NCBI GenBank assembly: GCA_001776935.1
Contig: MFDN01000008.1
Coordinates: 8,998-72,997 of the forward strand
DNA from: Candidatus Daviesbacteria bacterium RIFCSPLOWO2_01_FULL_39_23
Lineage (GTDB): Bacteria; Patescibacteriota; Microgenomatia; Daviesbacterales; UBA10151
Direction of reading: 5' to 3'
Length of the DNA stretch: 64,000 nucleotides
Shown piece by piece: positions 52,017-61,939 of the stretch. The notes below the pieces were generated by a model. It worked only from the letters and a program-made list of their open reading frames with translations, was not told the origin of the DNA and ran no database searches. The translations under genes were made by a program, and so were the position numbers. The first letter of the stretch is position 1; the number at the start of each line of letters is the position of its first letter.

Positions 52017-52538
52017 ATGCTTACAAAAATGCCCGACCTTATTACTGACGATCCCATATCACACTCAAGTGAGCTTTTTTCCCTTGTCGTAAACCATGAG
52101 GAAATGAACACGAAAATTACCATGGAACTTTTTGCCTCAATAGTAAACACAAAACATATTCCGGCAACGTGTCAATTGCTCCAAAAGCACTTGCCGACTA
52201 TCATGCATTCCAAGTGTTTCAATAAGAAAAATTATCCTTTTGCAAAAGAAGTGAAAGAAACGGAAATAGGGCATCTTTTTGAACATATTTTACTGGAATA
52301 TTTGTGTCATTTAAAGCAAAGGCGGGGCATCTCAAAGCATGTGCATAATGGGTTAACAAGGTGGAACTGGAAAGAAGATGCGCGGGGAGTATTCCATATT
52401 CATGTGGATGCAGGGCATGAAGATAAAGAAATATTTCAGGTTGCTTTAAAGCACAGCATAGAACTTCTTACTGATATTCTTCAAACAGCAGGACCTTCGG
52501 CTTTTCCATATGGTTTGAAACAACCCCTAATTGATTAA
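52017..52538 (+). CDS. Stand-alone cyanophycin-synthetase N-domain-like protein
   Basis: C-x18-HxxEH (KCF...IGHLFEHILLEYL) resembles the CphA1 N-domain metal site. Confidence 0.65.
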   Translation: MLTKMPDLITDDPISHSSELFSLVVNHEEMNTKITMELFASIVNTKHIPATCQLLQKHLPTIMHSKCFNKKNYPFAKEVKETEIGHLFEHILLEYLCHLKQRRGISKHVHNGLTRWNWKEDARGVFHIHVDAGHEDKEIFQVALKHSIELLTDILQTAGPSAFPYGLKQPLID

Positions 52539-52616
52539 AGGTTTTCATTCCGTTTTTCTTCCGTGGCTTTTTCAAGCCACGGAAGATTGTTTTGTTATGC
52601 AATGCGGACGGTAAAA

Positions 52617-52805
52617 TTAGTCGCCGCCCATTTTCTTGTCTTCTTCCTCGCCGCCCATAGACGGAAATTCTTTCCTTCCTCCAACGCCTCCCTGTTCTTC
52701 TTCCTGAGAGGGCATTTCTCCGGTTGTCTGACCTCCTTTTCCGCCTATTTCTTCCTGCCCTTTCTCTTCTTCAGCTTGATCACGGTCTTTTGTTTGATCT
52801 GTCAT
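52617..52805 (-). CDS. Small acidic Gly-rich stress protein (KGG-like)
   Basis: EIGGKGGQ motif; AAAGGAGGTGA SD. Confidence 0.7.
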   Translation of the reverse strand: MTDQTKDRDQAEEEKGQEEIGGKGGQTTGEMPSQEEEQGGVGGRKEFPSMGGEEEDKKMGGD

Positions 52806-52940
52806 TTAATTTCACCTCCTTTCCTTCTGGACACTCATTTAAACACTTTAGAATAAGAAGAAAATCAGAAGAGGGTAAGAAATGTAAAGGAATGCAAATG
52901 GTAATTGACAGGGAAAAAGATTTGGGTAAGAATTAATACT

Positions 52941-53084
52941 ATGACAGAAGGAATTGAAGGAATCGGAGGAATAAGAACAGACAGAGTAAACCCGGTGGAA
53001 AAAGTAAGAGAGATTATGGACAGAAGGCGCCGGGAACAGCAAAGACAGCAAAAGAATAAGCCTCCACAACCGCCGAAGAAATAA
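52941..53084 (+). CDS. 47-aa basic microprotein, absent from the ORF track
   Basis: MTEGIEGIGGIRTDRVNPVEKVREIMDRRRREQQRQQKNKPPQPPKK; TTGACA-17-AAGAAT upstream. Confidence 0.55.
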   Translation: MTEGIEGIGGIRTDRVNPVEKVREIMDRRRREQQRQQKNKPPQPPKK

Positions 53085-53197
53085 TTTTAAAGAGCGAGCC
53101 CCAGACAACCTTCTTCTTAACAGTTTCTTGCCTATCTTTAACGCTATTTAAAAGGAATAGTTTTACAATACTATTGTATCTTTGGGAGGTGAGATAG

Positions 53198-53626
53198 ATG
53201 GTAAATAAAAAACAAAAAGAGGCTGTTAGAAAAAAACCCGGGGAGAGGAGTGAAGGCGAGTGGTACCGGATTGTGGTGCGCCCTAAAAAGCAATTTAAAA
53301 CTTTCAGGTACCACGACATAGGAGAAAAAGGCGGCGATGTTATGCGCCTTGCAGGCAGGAGATCTTCAGGTTCCTGGGATACCCAAGTATGGCTGATTAA
53401 TAAAAAATCAGCCCACATCCAGGACGAAGAATTGATTCCCGATACCGAGGATGCCAAAAAAGTGATTGAGGTATTAGGCTCTGTTCCGACACACGTTAAA
53501 GGGGATATTTTTGAAGCAAAAGACAGGCCTGATGTACCCGAGCGGCAAAAGCCAACCCAGTCTCAGCAAAGCGCCTATATGCACAATATCAGGCTGGCTC
53601 AAAAAACAAGAAAAAAGGCAGCCTGA
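53198..53626 (+). CDS. Hypothetical protein
   Basis: 142 aa with GGAGGTG SD; YRIVVRP..FRYHDIG..GSWDTQVWLI. Confidence 0.75.
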   Translation: MVNKKQKEAVRKKPGERSEGEWYRIVVRPKKQFKTFRYHDIGEKGGDVMRLAGRRSSGSWDTQVWLINKKSAHIQDEELIPDTEDAKKVIEVLGSVPTHVKGDIFEAKDRPDVPERQKPTQSQQSAYMHNIRLAQKTRKKAA

Positions 53627-53636
53627 GGGATGGCTT

Positions 53637-54920
53637 TTAGTCTTTGGTATAGGTAAATACCGGTTGCAGCTTTTGAGTATATTCCCTTAGTTGTTCCTGT
53701 TTTCTGACTGCATACAGGTAAACACCAATTGCATAAAGTGAAACTATGAAAAGACAGATACGGATAGCTGTTTGGGGACCAAAAGCAGAGGAAGCTGAAC
53801 CGATAAATATATTGCCAAGCGGGCCAAGACCTGCAAACATTAAAAAGTATAAGCTGGTTACCCGGCTTCTAAATTCTTCTTTTACCAGCCTTTGGACTGT
53901 TGCATGCATGGTGGCAAATTGCAGGTTCATTCCAAGTCCTGAGAAAAATAACATTCCAGCGGCAAGATAAATACTGCTGCTTAAAGTAAAGATAAAGCTT
54001 GAGAGAAGGAAAATAATATTCCCGATTACCATCAAGTGAATTGCATGGTATTTTTTGGATTTTGAAGAAACTATCAGTGATCCGCTTAAAGCGCCCAAGC
54101 CGGTTACAGAGAGTAAATATCCTAAGCCGGAAGATCCGCTATGAAAAACATTCTTTGCAAATACAGGCATGATGGTGGCTTGTGAGAAGCAAAATATTGA
54201 ACCGACTCCTGCGGATAAAAGCAGAATGAAAATTAGGGGATGGTTGAATGAATATGTAATCCCTTCTTTTATTGCCAAGATTGGATTTTCTTTGCTTTTG
54301 ATAATATTTGTCTCCAGTTTTATAAAGTATAAAGATGCTAAAATCGCCAAAAAGCTTAAGGCGTTTATTAAAAATATATTGCCAACACCAATTAAGGCAA
54401 TCAGAAACCCGGCTATAGCAGAACCTATCACGACTCCTGTATTGATTATGCTTGAGTTTAGGCCGACGGCTGAAGGAATATCTTCTTTATCTACAATATC
54501 TACCATAAAGGCCTGAGTGGCCGGATTATCCAAGGCATTTATTGTGCCGGCAAGAAGAGCGAGTAAAAGCAGAATAGGTAAATTAATAGCGTGAGCAAGA
54601 GTTAGCAAACCTAAAATAAAGGCAAGCAAAAGCGATGAGCCTTGAGTGAAGTAAAGTACCTTTTTCCTGCTGAATTTTTCTGCAAGTAAACCTCCAAAAG
54701 GAGCCAAAAATAAAATCGGTAAAGTGGAAAGGGCTGAGACTATCCCAAGCCAAAAAGGAGAGCCTGTTAAATTAAAAACCAGCCAGCCCCAAGCTACACC
54801 CTGAAGCCAGGTGCCGGTAAAGGAAATCAATTGTCCTGTAAAATAAAGCCTGAAGTTTTTATGTTTTAAGGCCGGAAATTGTTGGTATATTTTGTCTAAT
54901 AGGGCTTGTTGGGCAGTCAT
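53637..54920 (-). CDS. MFS transporter
   Basis: FRLYFTGQLISFTGTWLQ; about 12 TM helices. Confidence 0.93.
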   Translation of the reverse strand: MTAQQALLDKIYQQFPALKHKNFRLYFTGQLISFTGTWLQGVAWGWLVFNLTGSPFWLGIVSALSTLPILFLAPFGGLLAEKFSRKKVLYFTQGSSLLLAFILGLLTLAHAINLPILLLLALLAGTINALDNPATQAFMVDIVDKEDIPSAVGLNSSIINTGVVIGSAIAGFLIALIGVGNIFLINALSFLAILASLYFIKLETNIIKSKENPILAIKEGITYSFNHPLIFILLLSAGVGSIFCFSQATIMPVFAKNVFHSGSSGLGYLLSVTGLGALSGSLIVSSKSKKYHAIHLMVIGNIIFLLSSFIFTLSSSIYLAAGMLFFSGLGMNLQFATMHATVQRLVKEEFRSRVTSLYFLMFAGLGPLGNIFIGSASSAFGPQTAIRICLFIVSLYAIGVYLYAVRKQEQLREYTQKLQPVFTYTKD

Positions 54921-55095
54921 AAAGCTTTTGCAAGAGCGCGCAATTTACCATAAGGCTTTTTAAATGTAAAGATAGGTTTTTTAATTTGATAATTTTATGA
55001 TCAGGATTAGGTAAAAAGATGGTAATAAGTAGCGCTGTCTTGCTTTCAAACTATATTTCTTGATATTCTGAGAAAACTGTGAGAAAGTTTAATTA

Positions 55096-55752
55096 ATGCC
55101 CAAAAATAAAAACCAATCTGGAATAATTCATTTATGGCTTATTTTACTAATTATAGGAATCATCTTAGGTGGTGTAGTTTTAGTTAACAATTCTAAACCG
55201 GGCACTAAACCTTCTTTTAGCAACAAACCTATTGTTAGCCCGAGTTCTGCACCTACCGTAACCGCTGTGTCTGCAACATCAACCAGCACCCCTGTTCCTC
55301 AACAGGTAAAAAAAGGCGACCTTGAAGCTTTGGAGAAATATTGTAAGGAAGAAGCCTTAAAGCTGCCGCAGCCCTCCTTTACTTATAAATCCAAAGAAGG
55401 ACCTATCAGAAGTGGGCCAATGTCTTGGGTAGACCAGTTTATTCCGAAAGATAAAAAACAGTCTGAGAAAATAAGCTGTACTATGGCTTACAGGTTTGAT
55501 GGACAAGTAGCTTATGGGGAAATGGGAGCTAAATATCCTATGCAGGGGAAAGAATTTGACAGGACAGTTAGAGCCAGTTTAGCAAGTAAGCTGGATTCTG
55601 CTTGGGAAAAAGTTTCAGGACCAAGTATAAGCAATGATTCTTTTAATATGGTGTATAAAAGAGAAAATCCCCAAATGGGGACGGTGGATTTTATAGATGC
55701 ATTTGATGGAGGTTTAGTGATTTACGTTAAATTTAATACCTATTACAAATAG
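55096..55752 (+). CDS. Surface protein with pilin-like N-terminus
   Basis: MPKNKNQSG|IIHLWLILLIIGII, then an S/T/P-rich linker. Confidence 0.75.
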   Translation: MPKNKNQSGIIHLWLILLIIGIILGGVVLVNNSKPGTKPSFSNKPIVSPSSAPTVTAVSATSTSTPVPQQVKKGDLEALEKYCKEEALKLPQPSFTYKSKEGPIRSGPMSWVDQFIPKDKKQSEKISCTMAYRFDGQVAYGEMGAKYPMQGKEFDRTVRASLASKLDSAWEKVSGPSISNDSFNMVYKRENPQMGTVDFIDAFDGGLVIYVKFNTYYK

Positions 55753-56994
55753 TTAGAATTTTGGGGTATTGGAGTCTTTGTAATAATAATCACAAAGGTC
55801 GTAGTTTTTTAATTCCTGGTCTTCCTTCACTACTGCCATCACCGGAATCCGCTGTTTGGTGTCGGCGCATGTTTCCTCATTGCCGGTAGGACAGACAGTG
55901 GTTGAAAACCCGAATATTTTGTCGTCTACGTTATACCTTATATAGTAATCTCCGGGTTCTAATTGAAATGAATAGGCGGGTTTGGCCCCGGTAATACTTC
56001 CAGGGTAATTTTCGGATATAATGTAATCATCCATCAACCTTTTTACCTCAAGCTTGCCTTTTGGTATAACTTCTGAAGGATAACAAATTTTACCTGAAAC
56101 TATACCAGTGGGTACTTGAGACGCGGATGATTCCTTGTTAGTCTTAGGTGATTGTTGCTGCTGCTCAATTGAAAATTCAGACCCAACCTCAGCGCTTTTA
56201 ATGCTCACCCTATACCAATTAAAAGTAGCAGTATGTCCATTTTTTACCTCATAAACATGGACGTTATATTCTCCCTCTAACTCATTATCCACCTCAACTT
56301 TTCCGTTAGAGACATTTTTTAAATATTCCTGCACCTCGGGTAACTTTTTAACATTTTCTACTGCCAGTTGGGGAGAAATTCTTGTTGATGCAACTTGTTC
56401 CAGCTGTTCTCCTGCTTTTTCAATAAGTAGCGGACTAACCCTTGGAAAGAGTAAAACTCCGCCTACGAGAATGATTCCTATTACTATTGATAAATGGATT
56501 AAAGAAAAACCTTTTTGGCCGGCATATTTTTTCAGCAGGTTCTTATCCTTATTAATAAACGCTAACCCCAAAACATTTCCTATCAGCACTAAAAAAACTG
56601 TACCTATGGATGCCAAACTTACTGCCTGGAATCCCAGGAAGCTGCTTAGCCTGATCATGATAATAATAAACAGGACAGTATTTATAAAATTTATACTAAC
56701 AACAATTGAGTTAAGTGATTTACCAACTAGTAAGAAGATTGCCTGAAGCAGGGTGATTAGGAAAAACAGACCCAATAGGGAGTCGGGGTAAGTCAATGCC
56801 AGTTCAAAACCGTTTCTGCCGGAAGTGAAATTTTCCCAATTCAAAAATCCCAAAAGAATTTGGGCAGAGAGGATCATAAACAAAATGATTTTCAGTTGCT
56901 GTTTGGTTTCTTTCTTTTGAGTTGAAGCAAGTTTTAAAACAGAAGGGGAAATTATCAAAACAGCAGCCAAAATTATCAAATAAGTAAAATTCAT
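55753..56994 (-). CDS. Multi-TM protein fused to an internal pilin-like module and a Cys-containing extracellular domain
   Basis: N-terminal TM bundle; internal GQKG|FSLIHLSIVIGII; C-terminal Cys residues. Confidence 0.75.
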   Translation of the reverse strand: MNFTYLIILAAVLIISPSVLKLASTQKKETKQQLKIILFMILSAQILLGFLNWENFTSGRNGFELALTYPDSLLGLFFLITLLQAIFLLVGKSLNSIVVSINFINTVLFIIIMIRLSSFLGFQAVSLASIGTVFLVLIGNVLGLAFINKDKNLLKKYAGQKGFSLIHLSIVIGIILVGGVLLFPRVSPLLIEKAGEQLEQVASTRISPQLAVENVKKLPEVQEYLKNVSNGKVEVDNELEGEYNVHVYEVKNGHTATFNWYRVSIKSAEVGSEFSIEQQQQSPKTNKESSASQVPTGIVSGKICYPSEVIPKGKLEVKRLMDDYIISENYPGSITGAKPAYSFQLEPGDYYIRYNVDDKIFGFSTTVCPTGNEETCADTKQRIPVMAVVKEDQELKNYDLCDYYYKDSNTPKF

Positions 56995-57251
56995 TTCTTC
57001 TTACCCATTACCGCATCAGCTATAAATCCGCCAACAGTTTTTCCCCAGAACTTTTTGGCTCCAAAAAAGTAAACTAAAATAATTACAATCCAAATAATAA
57101 ATCCGGTTATGTCCATGTTGACTTTAAATGAGGCAGAATTACCTGTGGCAGCTATACCTTCACCGCGGCCAGTCAGTTTTGTTATCAAAATTGCTGTTCC
57201 TACGATACCAATTAAGAAATTTAAAAACCAAACACCTATTGTTTTAAACAT
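56991..57251 (-). CDS. Small 2-TM protein (RDD-like fragment)
   Basis: Two TMs ending WGKTVGG; AAGGAGGTGA SD. Confidence 0.7.
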   Translation of the reverse strand: MFKTIGVWFLNFLIGIVGTAILITKLTGRGEGIAATGNSASFKVNMDITGFIIWIVIILVYFFGAKKFWGKTVGGFIADAVMGKKK

Positions 57252-57269
57252 TCAAATCACCTCCTTAAA

Positions 57270-57929
57270 TTAATCCGTTGAAAAACTTTTTATAATTGCT
57301 GTAGTTATTGGTCGGTTGATCTCTTTTGAATCAGGGTGATAGGCGGCGTGCACGCGCAAACTCCTGCCGGTTTTTCCAACCATCATCTTTTCTTCAAAAA
57401 GAACTGTTTTTTCGCCATAAGTTTCTTCGCCCGCGGCATTATATCCTCCGACGCCGTCTTTGGGCTCAACTTTGGAGAAATTGGTAATTTTTAAGTTGGT
57501 ATTTTGTTTAAACTTGTCCTCCAAGGAATCCAAAACTTGTTCAAGTTCACCCTCTTTTTCTAAACTGGAACCGGCAAATGCTTCAATTAAGACAAATGCG
57601 CTTTTTGCATCATCAGAAACCCTGATTAGCTGTCTGTCTTCCGCAGGTAGATTTTCTACAGTCCATCCTTCAGGGTGCTTAATTGAGTAGCCGCGCTCTT
57701 CGTCCTTGTAGGTTTTCCATACTAAAGGAGCAGCTTGGTTAGCAGAAGAAGTGGAGGTGTCGGTAGTTGTTTGCGGAGCAGGCCGGGTATTTTCGGTTTT
57801 TGAAGCTTTTTTAGAATTACTGGTTATTAAAATTATTCCACCGATGATAATAATACCGATAATAATTGGTATTAAAAAAGGAACAGCGCCTTTCTGGTTG
57901 TTTACACCGAACAAATGTGAGGTGGGCAT
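57270..57929 (-). CDS. PsbP/DcrB-like surface protein with pilin-like N-terminus
   Basis: NQKG|AVPFLIPIIIGII; WKTYKDEERGYSIKHPEGW; ends IIKSF. Confidence 0.78.
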   Translation of the reverse strand: MPTSHLFGVNNQKGAVPFLIPIIIGIIIIGGIILITSNSKKASKTENTRPAPQTTTDTSTSSANQAAPLVWKTYKDEERGYSIKHPEGWTVENLPAEDRQLIRVSDDAKSAFVLIEAFAGSSLEKEGELEQVLDSLEDKFKQNTNLKITNFSKVEPKDGVGGYNAAGEETYGEKTVLFEEKMMVGKTGRSLRVHAAYHPDSKEINRPITTAIIKSFSTD

Positions 57930-57990
57930 TAAATTAACTGTACTCATAAATTATTTGACAAGTCAAGTGTTTTACTCTAGTGTGGAAATA

Positions 57991-58779
57991 ATGCCTAATT
58001 TTTTAAACCAAAAGGGGATTGCGCCTGTTATTTTAGTCGTTATTCTTTCTGTGGTATTCGTAGGGGCTTTTGGGGTTGTTTATCAATCAAGAAAAGAAAT
58101 TAAAATAAGAAGCGATAAGACATCAGAGGTAACCCAGCTTAAAGATTCTTCTACACCTGTTTCTGAAAGCAAAGATAATGAACCTAAGACAGAGCAAAAT
58201 TTTAAACTCTCCAGTAAACCTTTTGAACAAAATAATACCAGCTTGCCTAATTTTTCATTTTTTCCTCCTGATGGGTGGAGTAAGGAGAGCGGGGGAAATT
58301 ACATAGCTCCATTTAAGGATAAAATTTCAGAAGGTGTAGCATATTTGTCCTATGCCCCCTCTTTAAATATTTCAGCAGTTTCAAAAGATCTTAGTGGTCT
58401 AGACGAGGCTTTAGCGCTTGTAAAAACTGAAGTCAAAAAAGCTTCTATAGAGATTACTTCTTCTAAAAAAGTTACACTTAATGGAACTGAAGGGTATTTT
58501 GTGGAAGGGTTAATTAAATATGGGGAGCTTAGCAGGAGTGCTCTGGAAGCAGAAATTGATAAAGAGATTAAAAATGCGCAGAAGAAAGTGATCGTTTCGG
58601 AGGATCAGATTAAAAAAGATATAGATACTATTGTTAAAAATTCAGACGTTAAACTTATTGGGTATGTGTTTTACCAGGATGGCTATGTGATTACTTTTGC
58701 AGGCAGAGCTTTAGATAATTTTTGGGATTCCCGTGGTCCTCAAATGAAAAAATCACTGGACACTTTTAAATTTGAATAA
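57991..58779 (+). CDS. PsbP/DcrB-like surface protein with pilin-like N-terminus
   Basis: MPNFLNQKG|IAPVILVVIL; FSFFPPDGW; ends SLDTFKF; start set at the in-frame ATG 57991. Confidence 0.78.
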   Translation: MPNFLNQKGIAPVILVVILSVVFVGAFGVVYQSRKEIKIRSDKTSEVTQLKDSSTPVSESKDNEPKTEQNFKLSSKPFEQNNTSLPNFSFFPPDGWSKESGGNYIAPFKDKISEGVAYLSYAPSLNISAVSKDLSGLDEALALVKTEVKKASIEITSSKKVTLNGTEGYFVEGLIKYGELSRSALEAEIDKEIKNAQKKVIVSEDQIKKDIDTIVKNSDVKLIGYVFYQDGYVITFAGRALDNFWDSRGPQMKKSLDTFKFE

Positions 58780-58812
58780 CCTGCTTTGAAAATTTTCTGA
58801 AATAGTAAACAT

Positions 58813-59295
58813 ATGCCCATAAGAATTCCGCAGCTGATCTTATCTATAAGTCTTTGTTTAGGAGCAGGAATTTTAGGTTCATTTTTTACCATCTCATCAA
58901 TCCCTACCTGGTATGCAGCTTTAAACAAGCCTGTCTTTTCTCCGCCAAACTTTGTATTTGGACCTGTTTGGACGACGCTTTATATAGTAATGGGAGTAGC
59001 ACTGTATTTGGTGATAAGTGATAAGAGACAAGTGATACGAAAGACAAGAGAAAAAGCAATTCAAATATTTGGGATTCAGCTTGCTTTAAATGCTTTGTGG
59101 TCAATTGTTTTTTTTGGGATGAAAAATCCTGCTTTGGCTTTTGTAAATATAATAGCTTTATGGATAGCTATTTTTTTAACAACAAAAGCTTTTTATAAGA
59201 TTAATAAGTTTGCAGGCTATTTATTAATCCCTTACCTTCTTTGGGTCAGCTTTGCAACAATTTTAAATTTATCCATTGTGCTATTGAATCCATAA
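58813..59295 (+). CDS. tspO: TspO/MBR tryptophan-rich sensory protein
   Basis: WYAALNKPVFSPPNFVFGPVWTTLY, LNALWS..FFG, PYLLWVSFA. Confidence 0.95.
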   Translation: MPIRIPQLILSISLCLGAGILGSFFTISSIPTWYAALNKPVFSPPNFVFGPVWTTLYIVMGVALYLVISDKRQVIRKTREKAIQIFGIQLALNALWSIVFFGMKNPALAFVNIIALWIAIFLTTKAFYKINKFAGYLLIPYLLWVSFATILNLSIVLLNP

Positions 59296-59361
59296 CCCTT
59301 TTTAACTGTTACAGCTGGTAGATTTATCTTTTGATGGGGGAAAGTGCCTCAGTATGAGACA

Positions 59362-59715
59362 TTATTTTGGTTTTGACCAGCCAGCTATCAGGGGAAGGGT
59401 AAAAGTTAGGGCATAATAAAGGTAAACATCCAATTTGTAATACCCATCAGCAGGGTTAAAAGCTTTCACCAGAAAAAAATAATCAAAAACAATTGCAATA
59501 AGAGTCCAGGAGACTGAGATTAATAAATAATGTTTAAAAGAACCGGATATTTTTTTAAATAAAACATACAGGGTAATTAAAGTGCCTATGGGAGTAATTA
59601 TCCAGCCAATTGCAGAGGCTGGGACTATAGTAAAAAGGAGTATTCCCAAGCCATAACCAAAAAGCCAAAGTAAAAATCCCCAGCCCAAAGTATCCATAAG
59701 AACTTTTCTGTTCAT
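59362..59715 (-). CDS. Small 4-TM membrane protein
   Basis: Hydrophobic ORF; TATAAT 6 nt before ATG at 59715. Confidence 0.75.
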   Translation of the reverse strand: MNRKVLMDTLGWGFLLWLFGYGLGILLFTIVPASAIGWIITPIGTLITLYVLFKKISGSFKHYLLISVSWTLIAIVFDYFFLVKAFNPADGYYKLDVYLYYALTFTLPLIAGWSKPK

Positions 59716-59834
59716 AGTTTGATTATATAACAAGCTAATTCACGTCTTGACTACAATACAGATATTCTTCTCCTTCTGCCGTGATGGATTTTAGCTTTTT
59801 GTAAGTTTCTATAACTTATTTTAAGGAAGTCGTG

Positions 59835-60475
59835 CTAACTTTTGCGGATTAATAAATGAGGGAGTTTATTGGCACCTTTTCTTATTTGGCAGGTAATTCC
59901 TCTTCTTCTAGAAAAATATTCAAATAAGTGTCTTTGATTAGCAACAACTACAGGGTTAATAGGTTCCCCATCCGCAGCTCCATCTCCATCATAGGGGAAA
60001 AATTGCACATTACCTCCTCCTCGTTTAGTAACACGAAGGCACTCTTCTGCAACAGCTTTTAGAAGTTCAAAATCCTCACATAAATAGGGAAATACTGATG
60101 AGGTAGAAAAAACTAGATCAAAGTAATTGATGTCAAAAGGAATTTCAGTAGCATATCCAGCTATATATCTGGTGGGATTTTGTTGTATAGAGTTAAGAAA
60201 ACTTTCTAAACACTTTTGTTTTAATGGAATATTGTCAGGATTAATACAGGTTGTGGCTAATAGGTTTGTGGGTCAACATATTTTGGATCTAATGCATAAG
60301 CATCAGCTCCTTGATTTAGAAGTGTAGCTGTAGCTTCAGAGTAACCAGCCCCTACGTCTAAAATTCTTTTATGAATTAAAGGTCGAGGAAGGGCTAAAGC
60401 ACGAGAGATGATGAGCAGATCTAACCCAGTCATAGCCGTATTTTGACCAATTCTTACTTCTTGCTCAGAAATCAT
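59835..60475 (-). pseudogene. Class I SAM-dependent methyltransferase pseudogene (two frameshifts)
   Basis: ILDVGAG, then EIPFDINYFDLVFS, then ECLRVTKRGG in three successive frames. Confidence 0.78.
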
Positions 60476-60556
60476 AAAGGGTATTATAGCGTGTAATTAG
60501 TCTATTTCCAATCGTAAAGGTTGATTTCTCTATTAGGGTGTGAAATAGTTAATCTA

Positions 60557-61855
60557 ATGCCCAATAAATCTAAAGAGATATATTTTGAAAGAGGTTTTTC
60601 CCATTTTGTGGTTTTGCTGATTTCTGCAGTTGTTATTATCCTAGTTCTTCTCCCCGGTGCAAAAACTATAAAACAGCAAGAAAACTTTACTTCCCAAGAA
60701 CCAAAAAACGTTTTGGGAGAAAAGCAGCAAATTGCACTTACTCCTTGTTCAGGCGGAGGCTTAACAGCTGCTGTTTATAAAGATTTTCAAATGCAGTATA
60801 CCAATGAGAATTTCCTCCGGGTGGTCAATTCAAAAGACTTGTTAAAAGATGTAAGTCAGCTTAAAGATTTAACCTGTTTACAATATCTGGATGCCACTGA
60901 CCAAACTGTAAAGGGTGATATTAAAGATTTAAAAAACCTAACAAATTTGGAGGTATTTAGCCTGTATTCTAACCCCGAAGTCTCAGGGGATATTTGCTCT
61001 TTATCTAATGCAACAAAGCTCAGAAGTTTAAAGTTTGCCTTTGATCCAAAAATAACAGGCGATATTTCCTGTTTAAAAAACTTAACAAACTTGGAAACTT
61101 TTGCCATGACTCATACCCAAATTTCAGGAGACATAAGTGTTTTTGCCAATATGCCAAATTTAAAAGCAATTTATTTAAGTGGCACTAATACTAAAGGTGA
61201 TATCTGTTCGCTTAAAAATTTGACTAATCTGGAAGAGTTGGGGATAGCGGATGAATATCCGGGAAATCCTGATATAACAGGTGATTTATCATGCCTTAAT
61301 GGTTTGCAGAAGCTAAAAAGGGTTGCCATTTATAATACTAAAACAACTAACTGCGAAGCATTTACAAAGTCCCACCCAACTCTTGCTCAGACTACCACGG
61401 AATCAGGGAAGCAAGGCGGCGGAGGATGTTCAAAAGAATCAATGAAAACTTCAGTCAATTATGGCCAAAAATATGAGAAAAAAATAGGGAAAGAAGTTCA
61501 AACAGAAGTTAGAGGGCAACCTGGCTATAACAAAGAAAAGACCGGTGGCGCAGGTCCAAATAATGGTGACGAAAGAGGTTCAAATCAAGGGTTGGATAGA
61601 GGGCCAGATAATCGAAATTTCTTTCAAAAATTGATTAGTTCAATATTGGGTATTTTTGGGATTAAGACAGAGGGTCCGCAAGGTAATTCGGGTCCATCTG
61701 CAAATATGAAAGGTGGAGGTGACCGAGGGCCAATGCTGGAAGGGGCGGTGGGACCGGGGGGATGTAAGTCTCAGACAGAATGTGACGCTTTCTGTAATAA
61801 AGTGGAAAACCGCGACACTTGTGATAAATTTACTCCGCCGGGAGAAAAAAGATAA
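60557..61855 (+). CDS. Leucine-rich-repeat surface protein with pilin-like N-terminus
   Basis: ERG|FSHFVVLLI; about 24-aa GDIxxLKNLTNLE repeats; C-terminal GPGGCKSQTECDAFC motif. Confidence 0.85.
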   Translation: MPNKSKEIYFERGFSHFVVLLISAVVIILVLLPGAKTIKQQENFTSQEPKNVLGEKQQIALTPCSGGGLTAAVYKDFQMQYTNENFLRVVNSKDLLKDVSQLKDLTCLQYLDATDQTVKGDIKDLKNLTNLEVFSLYSNPEVSGDICSLSNATKLRSLKFAFDPKITGDISCLKNLTNLETFAMTHTQISGDISVFANMPNLKAIYLSGTNTKGDICSLKNLTNLEELGIADEYPGNPDITGDLSCLNGLQKLKRVAIYNTKTTNCEAFTKSHPTLAQTTTESGKQGGGGCSKESMKTSVNYGQKYEKKIGKEVQTEVRGQPGYNKEKTGGAGPNNGDERGSNQGLDRGPDNRNFFQKLISSILGIFGIKTEGPQGNSGPSANMKGGGDRGPMLEGAVGPGGCKSQTECDAFCNKVENRDTCDKFTPPGEKR

Positions 61856-61939
61856 AATCACAGGAAATCACTAAATTAACTTTCCCCAAACCATCATCTA
61901 TTATTGTCAAACGATATAATTTGTGAGAAAGTTTAATTA

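Noticed and set aside
57751-57990. N-terminal 80 aa of ORF 57751-58779
   Set aside because: Antisense to the neighbouring gene; the pilin-like start at 57991 fits better.
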